Shown piece after piece: positions 56,898 through 64,000 of a DNA stretch of 64,000 nucleotides (positions within the stretch are counted from its first letter, which is position 1; every line of letters starts with the position of its first letter). This DNA is from a virus. Its lineage: Duplodnaviria > Caudoviricetes. The translations under genes and the position numbers were made by a program. Location of the stretch: positions 1,821 to 65,820 of the IMG/VR virus record IMGVR_UViG_3300027977_000033; one strand, written 5' to 3'. The notes under the pieces are model-generated. The model was given only the letters and a program-made list of their open reading frames with translations. It ran no database searches and was not told where the DNA came from.

Positions 56898-58175
56898 ATG
56901 GCAACAAATTCTGATATTGGATCTCTCGGAGAAGCGCTGAATTCCGCCCTCGGGAACACAGAAGCTCCTTTGGCTTCCGCTACTCCACTTTCCCAGAACC
57001 CTGTGATTGAGCCGTCCACTACTCCTGCTACGGCTCCAGTCACCGAAACTAACACCGCTGTTACAGCTCCAGCAGAAGCTGTCAAAGAGACCGAGACTAA
57101 ACCTGCTGAAGTAGATCTGGCTAAAACTCCCGAGATCAAAACCCCCTCTAAACTTATCGATTCATTGTTGACTCCCGAGGCTGAAAAGACAAAGACTGTT
57201 GCCAAGGCTGAAGGCGAACTTACTGAAGAAGAAAAACTTCCAGGAAAGGCGACTAACTCTGCTAACTCTGCTTTTGCTGCCAAAGCTAGGGCGTTGAAAG
57301 CTGCTGAACAGGAGTTGGCTACCCTAAAGCAAGAACTTGAAAAGTCTCGCAACGCTGGTAATGCAGAAGCTTCGTCAGAAGTTCAGAGCATCAAATCTGA
57401 ACTCGAAGAGGCTCGTAAGTTAGTTTCTGATTACGAGAGCCAACTTTCTTTGGTCAGGGTTGAATCCACTCGCGAATACAAACGTACTATCAGCGAGCCG
57501 TTGGCTAAAGCCGAGAAAGGCTTGGCTGATTCCATAGCTGGTTACGAAGGGCTTAACGTGAAAGATGTCCTCAAAGTATTGGACATTAAAGACCCAGCCC
57601 AACGCAGAGCAGAGTTTAAGGATGTGATGAATGGCGTAGACGCGATGGATGCGTGGGCTGTTAAGACAAAGTTGGATGAGATCGAGCAACTTCGTTCTCG
57701 TAAGGAGGATATGCTTAAGTCCGCCAACGATACACTAGCCCAAATCGAAAGGCAGGAAACGGCCGCTGAACAGGAAGCTAGGCTTACTTTTGACAAGCAA
57801 GCCGACGTTGCCTTCGAAAACACTTGGGGCCAGTTCGAAGACTCTTTTCCAATTCTCAAACGAGGACAGACGCCCGAGTGGGATAACACGATCAAAGCTC
57901 TTCGTGAGCAGGCGGTTTATCTGGACAAGCAACCGCTCGATCACCAGCAACGTGCCACCCTCACGTATCAAGCCGTTTTGTTCCCTCTTGCTGTTCAGGT
58001 TGTTCGTGATCTGACAGAGAAGAGCAATGCGACTATTGCTGACCTTAAGGCTCAGTTACAGAAGTTGCAGGTAGCAACTCCTGGAGCTGGAGCTGGGGTT
58101 AATAATACTCCGTCCGCCGGATTGCCTTCTAACGTCGGATTCCTAGAAGCTCTCGAAAAATCGATGGGTCGCTAA
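56898..58175 (+). CDS. Capsid scaffolding protein
   Basis: Acidic Pro/Thr/Ala-rich N-terminus, long coiled coil, position between portal and capsid. Confidence 0.7.
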   Translation: MATNSDIGSLGEALNSALGNTEAPLASATPLSQNPVIEPSTTPATAPVTETNTAVTAPAEAVKETETKPAEVDLAKTPEIKTPSKLIDSLLTPEAEKTKTVAKAEGELTEEEKLPGKATNSANSAFAAKARALKAAEQELATLKQELEKSRNAGNAEASSEVQSIKSELEEARKLVSDYESQLSLVRVESTREYKRTISEPLAKAEKGLADSIAGYEGLNVKDVLKVLDIKDPAQRRAEFKDVMNGVDAMDAWAVKTKLDEIEQLRSRKEDMLKSANDTLAQIERQETAAEQEARLTFDKQADVAFENTWGQFEDSFPILKRGQTPEWDNTIKALREQAVYLDKQPLDHQQRATLTYQAVLFPLAVQVVRDLTEKSNATIADLKAQLQKLQVATPGAGAGVNNTPSAGLPSNVGFLEALEKSMGR

Positions 58176-58933
58176 TGCTAGTCGTACTGCCAGTCGGTCC
58201 TCAGGATCGGGAGCAGGCGATTCGCTGGGTTGATTGGGTTGAAGAACTCGGGGGAATCGGTAGTCATCGATTGATGGTTGCCTGTGCTCGTAGAGTGCCG
58301 AACCCAACTGAGATCAGTCGGCATTACGAACTGTATGTCCCTCACGACGAGGACGAGCGTGGCTGGCCTATGAGCCCTAACCATTTGTTCAAGCGTGTAA
58401 CTCAGCATATTACTTGGGGCCCGAATCCAGAGGCTTACTTTTGGTGCGAGCCAGACTGCATTCCCCTTATTTCTGGTTGGCACGATCTTCTCGATTCCGA
58501 GTACCGTGCCTGCGGTCAGTATTTTATGGGGGCTCAAGTTAAAGTGGAAGGTACTCCTGAGCATATGAGTGGGAATGCTATCTACCCCAAGAACGTAATG
58601 GAACGTGCTTTCAACTTAGTTCACGCTGATCTTGCAGCGTTTGACGTTGTCGGTGCTGAGCAGATTATTGGGCAAGCCTATTGGACTAAATCGATTCAGC
58701 ATGTTTGGCGTAAGGACGAGGGTCGTAACTTTACCTTCCCGGATCAGGCCAGCGTCGATGCTATGGTCAGTAAGGAAGCCGTTATGTTCCATCAAAATAA
58801 AGACGGGACTCTAATCGAAAGGCTTCGTGAGCGTCGGTCTCCGAAGAAAGTAGAGGTGCCCAAAACTCCCGAAGTAAAACCGAAAAAGCGTCGGATGCGT
58901 AGGAAAACTGGAAGTGAAGATCCTACCAAATAA
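58175..58933 (+). CDS. Glycosyltransferase-like (GT-A) protein
   Basis: YFWCEPDCIP (ExD), HMSGNAIY and AFDV motifs; basic C-terminal tail. Confidence 0.55.
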   Translation: MLVVLPVGPQDREQAIRWVDWVEELGGIGSHRLMVACARRVPNPTEISRHYELYVPHDEDERGWPMSPNHLFKRVTQHITWGPNPEAYFWCEPDCIPLISGWHDLLDSEYRACGQYFMGAQVKVEGTPEHMSGNAIYPKNVMERAFNLVHADLAAFDVVGAEQIIGQAYWTKSIQHVWRKDEGRNFTFPDQASVDAMVSKEAVMFHQNKDGTLIERLRERRSPKKVEVPKTPEVKPKKRRMRRKTGSEDPTK

Positions 58934-59567
58934 CATTGCTGTACTAGAAAACGATTCGCATATCTCCCGCTGGGTCGAAGAGACCGGGAAGTTAGATCAC
59001 GATGAGTATTCTCTCCCGATTATTCTAAAGCATATCAAGGATGGCGATTACGTTGTCGACGCCGGGGCTTTCATTGGTGACCACACCGTAGCCTATGTTA
59101 GGGCTGTCGGGTCTACCGGAAGAGTCTATGCCTTTGAGCCAAACATATCAGCGTACGAATGTTTAGTTTATAATTGTCCATCCGCCATAACTGTTAAGGC
59201 TGGGCTTAGTGATAAACCCAGTAGCCAGTTCTTCTCTGTAGCGGATAACGCTGGGTCGAGTCGTATAACTGATTCTGGTGACAGAGTTGTTTTTGTTGTG
59301 ACCTTGGATTCTTACGATTTACCTAGGCTAGATTTCTTTAAATTGGATGTAGAGGGATTTGAGGTATCAGCTTTGAAGGGGGCCAAGAAAACTATAAATA
59401 AGCACCGCCCAGTCATGTGGATCGAGGTTAACGAACATGCCTTACAACAACGTGGAGAATCCCCTATCTCATTAATCACTTATCTCAGGTCTGAACTCGG
59501 GTACGGATTGGAATCGTTCCCTCCTGAGGAAGGACCCCAATACGATCTTTTATGCAAGCCTCTGTAG
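58914..59567 (+). CDS. FkbM-family methyltransferase
   Basis: VVDAGAFIG, VYAFEP, TLD, FKLDVEGFE...L.GA motifs. Confidence 0.9.
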   Translation: MKILPNNIAVLENDSHISRWVEETGKLDHDEYSLPIILKHIKDGDYVVDAGAFIGDHTVAYVRAVGSTGRVYAFEPNISAYECLVYNCPSAITVKAGLSDKPSSQFFSVADNAGSSRITDSGDRVVFVVTLDSYDLPRLDFFKLDVEGFEVSALKGAKKTINKHRPVMWIEVNEHALQQRGESPISLITYLRSELGYGLESFPPEEGPQYDLLCKPL

Positions 59568-60247
59568 ACCTATTCATACGTAGCTATAAGAAAGACTTCG
59601 AGTGGCTTTCTTATTGCCTGAAGTCCTGTGCCAAGTCAGCCAAAGGTTTTCGTCAGATTCATATTGTTGTACCGCATGGTGACCAGCACGAGTTGAACCA
59701 CCTGACTTTGGAGAAAGTACATATCTGCCCTAGGTACGCAGAGGATTACTTAGGCCAGCAGGTAACCAAGCTAAACGCTGATTTGTACTCTGACGCCGAT
59801 TTCATCTGTCACATTGATTCGGATACTGTTTGGTTGCACGACGTGTCCCCCAAGGATTTCATCCACAAAGGCAAAGCGATTGTATACTATGAGCCTTACG
59901 ACAAAATCGGGGAATGCCCTTGGCAACCAATCGTACAGGAAGCAATAGGTTGGAAACCAGAGTTTGAGTTCATGCGTAGGCCACCGCATACGTTCCCTAG
60001 GTGGCTGTACAAAGAGATGAGGAATTTCCTTCAGGCTACCCATAAAGTGCCTTTTGACACTTTCGTTGCTACTCGCCCAGAGCGTAGGTTTAGCGAATAT
60101 AATACCCTAGGAGCATATGCTTGGAAACACCACAGAGATAAGTTTGAATGGAGAGATCCTAAACAGGATAAAGACACAGTTAGACAGTTTTGGTCTTGGG
60201 GTGGGATCGATGCCCACCGAGAAGAACTTTCCAATCTTTTAGGCTAG
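59552..60247 (+). CDS. DUF6492-like glycosyltransferase-fold protein
   Basis: FIRSY.KD, QQV.KL.AD, HIDSD (DxD), FSEYN.LG motifs. Confidence 0.65.
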   Translation: MQASVDLFIRSYKKDFEWLSYCLKSCAKSAKGFRQIHIVVPHGDQHELNHLTLEKVHICPRYAEDYLGQQVTKLNADLYSDADFICHIDSDTVWLHDVSPKDFIHKGKAIVYYEPYDKIGECPWQPIVQEAIGWKPEFEFMRRPPHTFPRWLYKEMRNFLQATHKVPFDTFVATRPERRFSEYNTLGAYAWKHHRDKFEWRDPKQDKDTVRQFWSWGGIDAHREELSNLLG

Positions 60248-60251
60248 GGTC

Positions 60252-60279
60252 TTGACACCCCGCATCAACTAGTTACATC
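60252..60279 (+). promoter_or_regulatory. Capsid operon promoter
   Basis: TTGACA-N16-TACATC. Confidence 0.6.
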
Positions 60280-60284
60280 GTATC

Positions 60285-60497
60285 TCAGTTCTTTGGCAGA
60301 GGTGTCGATGCGATAGGGCTAACTCGCCTGCGCCCTACAGGCTACGCTTAAATGACACCGACGCGGTATCCGACGGCTAACGGGTATCCAACTAACCTCT
60401 AGGGCTTGCCGGCTCTTAAAATAAGAAACGACAAAGAGACACGCTCATCGTGTGATGAGAAGTCTTCAGTCATTACTTTAACAAAGGAGATACTAAT
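60285..60497 (+). ncRNA. Structured 5' leader of the major capsid gene
   Basis: GGTGTC/GACACC, TAGGGC/GCCCTA, GTATCCG/CGGGTAT and CTCATC-GTGT-GATGAG stems; AAGGAG RBS at the end. Confidence 0.5.
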
Positions 60498-61721
60498 ATG
60501 CCTTGTACGAATATTGAGAATCTTCTGATTACTGAGTCCGGCCGTATCGGTGCGGATATCTATCGGAAGACTTTGAACACGTCCCCGTGGACGACTCTGG
60601 TTAAGCAAGAAGCTTGGCCGGATGAGATGGGCACAACTGTTAACGTTCTGATCTATGAGCGGACCCTGCCGGCTTCCGGCGCTGGGATTACGTTCTCTGA
60701 CGTAGCGTATAACGGTGTCGGCACCCAAGTCATCGGCGCTACCCCGACTGGTTCTAACACCGGACCCGGAACCTGCGCTGTTGCCGGTAACGACCTCGGC
60801 TTCGCCCAGACCCTCCGTACCTATAACCTCCAACAGGCTGCAATCAACTCCCCTGATATCTGCTTGAACGACCTTCGCTTCCCCGTGAAGCGGCAGGAAC
60901 AGCTCCGCAACATCATGGCAGTTCTGACTGAGAACACGCAGTATGCTTGGGAAAACCGTTACCGCGACGAATACGTTCGTCTCGCTAACTACAACGTAAA
61001 CGCTAACCAAGGTGAACTTTTGGCGGCTTCTGGCCAGACCAAGGGTTCCTTCAGCACCTCCGCTCTCCCGACGAGCCGATTGACTCAGGGCATCCTGCGT
61101 TACTTCTACTCTCGGTTGATCCGTGACGGCGCTGCTCAGAATGCATACGGCAAAGAAAACGGTGCTCCCGTGTTCTTGCTCGTCACCTCCCCCGAGGCTT
61201 CTGACGACCTGATCAAGCTCAACGCGGACATCCGTCAGGATCTCCGTTATGCGAAACCCAGCGAACTAATCCAGCCCCTCGGCGTAGAACGTAGCTATGC
61301 TGGTTTCTACCATTTGGTAGACACCATGACTCCTCGCTACGACTTCGTTGGTGGCGCTTGGGTTCGTCGCTATCCGTATGCCACAGATGCTAACGCATCG
61401 AAGGGCACTCGGTTCATCCCGAATCCCGCGTACTTCACGGCGGAATACGAAGATTCTATTATCTTCCATCCCGACGTGTTCACCTCGCTGGTCGCGAAGC
61501 CCATCAGCTCCACCGGAGCTATGGCATTCGACCCGCAGAGCTACCGCGGTGACTTCCGCTGGCGGAATATCCCCAGCCGGGATTGTAACCCTGACGGCAC
61601 GATCGGATTCTTCCGGGCTATCTTTAGCTCCGGTTCGAAACCCGTTCGTCCCGAGCTCGGTGTGGTTATCCGCCACAAGCGCTGCGCGGCCGACTTCGGC
61701 CTCGTTGGTTGCTACTCGTAA
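60498..61721 (+). CDS. Major capsid protein
   Basis: 407 aa after the scaffold; strong promoter, RBS and terminator; strongly biased C/T-ending codons. Confidence 0.8.
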   Translation: MPCTNIENLLITESGRIGADIYRKTLNTSPWTTLVKQEAWPDEMGTTVNVLIYERTLPASGAGITFSDVAYNGVGTQVIGATPTGSNTGPGTCAVAGNDLGFAQTLRTYNLQQAAINSPDICLNDLRFPVKRQEQLRNIMAVLTENTQYAWENRYRDEYVRLANYNVNANQGELLAASGQTKGSFSTSALPTSRLTQGILRYFYSRLIRDGAAQNAYGKENGAPVFLLVTSPEASDDLIKLNADIRQDLRYAKPSELIQPLGVERSYAGFYHLVDTMTPRYDFVGGAWVRRYPYATDANASKGTRFIPNPAYFTAEYEDSIIFHPDVFTSLVAKPISSTGAMAFDPQSYRGDFRWRNIPSRDCNPDGTIGFFRAIFSSGSKPVRPELGVVIRHKRCAADFGLVGCYS

Positions 61722-61737
61722 TCTGAGTAACTGAATT

Positions 61738-61779
61738 GAAGGGGGGCGTAGGTCACATCCCTGCGCCTCCCTTCTTTTT
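61738..61779 (+). terminator. Intrinsic terminator after the capsid gene
   Basis: GAAGGGGGGCGTAGG...CCTGCGCCTCCCTTC-TTTTT. Confidence 0.8.
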
Positions 61780-61785
61780 ATAAAC

Positions 61786-62124
61786 ATGAATTGCGGATGT
61801 CCCGAGTGTGCAGCGAAAAAAGGTCGTGGCCCCGCCGTGATCGTTATTGCTGTCACTCCTAAAAGAGGAGATAAAAATATGAAGATTGCTACGTTTGCAG
61901 TCCCGAAGGGTTTCACTCCGCCCGAAGGCGTCGTCGAGGGAGACACGTTCGAAGCTATGGCCACGTTTAAACACGGTGGCAAGTCTTTGGACTTGGTTTC
62001 TATCGAAGGAGCCGAAGCGGAAATGCCTGAGATGGAAATGGAAGAAACCAGCAAAGCTCCCGCTGAAGCTGGATTTGCCGAAGCCATCGAGATGGCCGCA
62101 GCCCCAGAAGGAAAGATGGCGTAA
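61786..62124 (+). CDS. Acidic hypothetical protein (alternative start 61879 with GAGGAG RBS)
   Basis: ORF after the capsid; two in-frame starts. Confidence 0.55.
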   Translation: MNCGCPECAAKKGRGPAVIVIAVTPKRGDKNMKIATFAVPKGFTPPEGVVEGDTFEAMATFKHGGKSLDLVSIEGAEAEMPEMEMEETSKAPAEAGFAEAIEMAAAPEGKMA

Positions 62125-62439
62125 GTGAAGCGTGAGGTTAAGGGCGAAGGCTGGAAAGAATTTGTCTGCGCGATTGTTGAGCAGGGGATTCACGATCTAG
62201 ACTTCGCCCTTACCGCACCCATTGGTCGCAAGCTGGACCCGAAGAATTATTTTACCCCCTTACATTTTGAATTGTTTTTTGATCAAGTCCCAAATCTTTG
62301 CGAGGCTGCTGGTATAAGAATATCTGCCCAAGCAATCGAGAAAAAAGTAAGGGAAAAGATTGACAAGCTAAGGATTATCAGGAATAGAAGGAGGGAGAAA
62401 CTATGTCAGAACCAACCCAAGCAAATATTGAATTCGTAA
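62125..62439 (+). CDS. Hypothetical protein
   Basis: AIVEQ.I.D...LCEAAGI motif; starts right after the upstream stop. Confidence 0.5.
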   Translation: MKREVKGEGWKEFVCAIVEQGIHDLDFALTAPIGRKLDPKNYFTPLHFELFFDQVPNLCEAAGIRISAQAIEKKVREKIDKLRIIRNRRREKLCQNQPKQILNS

Positions 62440-62717
62440 GCCAACTCCGAAGGGCTTTACTGTTCGGTCAGATTACCCGCGCTCAATTGCGTGGTACTTC
62501 CGGAGAAAATCTCCAAGGCAGTAGCGCCTACCCAGCTTCCGATGAATTTATCCGTAACTTCCAACGGGCAGTTGGTTCCGGCCAAGTTACCAATGCTCAA
62601 ATCTTGAACCCGAGTTTGATCGGGAACACAGATACTTACGCTCGTGCTAGCAATGCTTTTGTTTTGGAGTGTAATAGGGCAGGTGCTTTCGGCCAGCTCG
62701 TAACGACCGTAACCTAA
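62403..62717 (+). CDS. Small virion-like protein with three internal repeats
   Basis: F.....RA...GQ repeated three times; GGAGGGAG RBS. Confidence 0.55.
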   Translation: MSEPTQANIEFVSQLRRALLFGQITRAQLRGTSGENLQGSSAYPASDEFIRNFQRAVGSGQVTNAQILNPSLIGNTDTYARASNAFVLECNRAGAFGQLVTTVT

Positions 62718-62727
62718 GGAATAAATT

Positions 62728-63045
62728 ATGGCCCTATATCCCGAAGGCACAGCACCGCTACCCTTGGACGACGTCCAGAGGGCAGCAAACAAAGCGAATG
62801 AACTCAGCCGTCAGACCCTTGGTCTTAACGGTTCTACCGTTCTCTCCGCAACTGGAACTGCTTCTGATGGTCCTTTCGTTGCTATCCAAATTTTGAAAGA
62901 TACCGCTATCAGCGCTATTACAGCTCCCGGTGTTACTGGAGCAGCCTCTTTAGTTACGACCTTGACCGCCGGTACTATTGTCTACGGTGATATTCGTTCG
63001 GTAACGATCACCAGCGGTCTTCTTATCGCCTACAAGGCAGGATAA
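62728..63045 (+). CDS. Small structural/decoration protein
   Basis: F.AIQ...D......G..VYG....VT.TSG..IAY beta-rich motif. Confidence 0.55.
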   Translation: MALYPEGTAPLPLDDVQRAANKANELSRQTLGLNGSTVLSATGTASDGPFVAIQILKDTAISAITAPGVTGAASLVTTLTAGTIVYGDIRSVTITSGLLIAYKAG

Positions 63046-63051
63046 ATCGCC

Positions 63052-64000
63052 ATGCCGAAACTCGGCTTAGGCTTATCGTTACCGCAGACTAGAGTTGCAT
63101 CTGGTCCACCTCCGCTCATCATTACCTCCAAAGCCTTTAACTCTTCTGGTGTCCAAGTAGGCTCAACAAATACTGGGGACATCCCCAATGATTGGGTTGC
63201 GAACGAAGCTACTGTCGCCTCTGTTATTTTTGCAAACAACAACAGCGTAACAAATATCGGTGGTAGTGCATTCCAAGGCAATCAACTCACATCTGTGACC
63301 ATACCCAATTCTGTGACCAGCATTGGAAATGGTGCATTCTATAATAACCAACTCACATCTGTGACCATACCCAATTCTGTGACCAGCATTGGTGATTTTG
63401 CATTTTATGGCAACCAGCTTGCTGCATTGACCATACCTAGCAGTGTGACCAGCATTGGTGCATATGCATTTGCTAGCAACGCACTTACCACAGTGACCAT
63501 ACCTGATAGTGTGACCAGCATTGGTGATTATACATTTGCTGGCAACGCACTTACCACAGTGACCATACCTGATAGTGTTACCGGCATTGGTACTAGTGCA
63601 TTTGCTAGCAACGCACTTACCACAGTGACCATACCCAACAGTGTCACAACCATTGGTAACTATGCATTTGCTAGTAACCAGCTTGCTGCATTGACCATAC
63701 CCAATTCTGTGACCAGCATTGGAGATGGTGCATTTGCTAGCAACGCACTTACCACAGTGACCATACCCAATTCTGTGACCAGCATTGGTAACTATGCATT
63801 TCAAAGCAATGCACTTACCACAGTGACCATACCCAACAGTGTGACCAGCATTGGTTATTATGCATTTTCTAACAATACTTCTCTTGCTTCAGTTAGTTGT
63901 TTTGCTCCTGCAACAGCTTTTGTTGGATCACAGGCATTTTATTACACCGCTTCTCCATTAACTATCCGAGCCAGAAGCTCCGATGCTTCTTGGACGGCTG
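63052..64000 (+). CDS. BspA-like leucine-rich-repeat (LRR_5) protein; 3' end lies outside the window; absent from the ORF track
   Basis: [11 protein letters not shown]-terminus, then about 9-10 copies of [21 protein letters not shown] (66-bp repeats). Confidence 0.88.
   Translation, partial: MPKLGLGLSLPQTRVASGPPPLIITSKAFNSSGVQVGSTNTGDIPNDWVANEATVASVIFANNNSVTNIGGSAFQGNQLTSVTIPNSVTSIGNGAFYNNQLTSVTIPNSVTSIGDFAFYGNQLAALTIPSSVTSIGAYAFASNALTTVTIPDSVTSIGDYTFAGNALTTVTIPDSVTGIGTSAFASNALTTVTIPNSVTTIGNYAFASNQLAALTIPNSVTSIGDGAFASNALTTVTIPNSVTSIGNYAFQSNALTTVTIPNSVTSIGYYAFSNNTSLASVSCFAPATAFVGSQAFYYTASPLTIRARSSDASWTA

Noticed and set aside
63163-63804. 213-aa Cys/His-rich - strand ORF
   Set aside because: Antisense shadow of the BspA LRR repeats

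Overview
A 64-kb stretch of a tailed dsDNA bacteriophage genome with podovirus-like virion genes, probably most of a circularly permuted genome, because the window starts inside a tail-fibre gene and ends in a tail/decoration gene downstream of the capsid. Layout: + strand tail fibre, lysis, tail and ejection genes and small basic proteins (1-26.4 kb); - strand early genes including two tandem C5-methyltransferase-like genes, a Gp88-like gene and rIIA/rIIB (26.4-38.9 kb), with an isolated + strand terminase small subunit; a non-coding control region with a candidate structured RNA, palindromes and a likely origin (38.9-40.7 kb); - strand replication module (UPF0489 protein, primase-helicase, PolA, SSB, DUF2800 nuclease, helicase, RuvC-like; 40.7-52.5 kb); + strand head module (TerL, portal, scaffold, a glycosyltransferase/FkbM cassette, major capsid, BspA-like LRR protein; 52.5-64 kb). 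No integrase, tRNA, CRISPR array or reverse transcriptase was recognised. The most striking observation is that the 2903-aa ejection protein contains a sigma-70-like region 2/region 4 module bracketed by two copies of the peptide LASSIDP, directly behind a zincin-like peptidase domain. This suggests a virion-delivered, possibly proteolytically released sigma factor. Other highlights are a ~550-nt GNRA-rich candidate RNA and a structured capsid leader that share the same boxA-like 12-mer, a set of leaderless late promoters, and a glycosylation cassette between the scaffold and capsid genes. All family assignments come from motif recognition by eye; no database searches were run.
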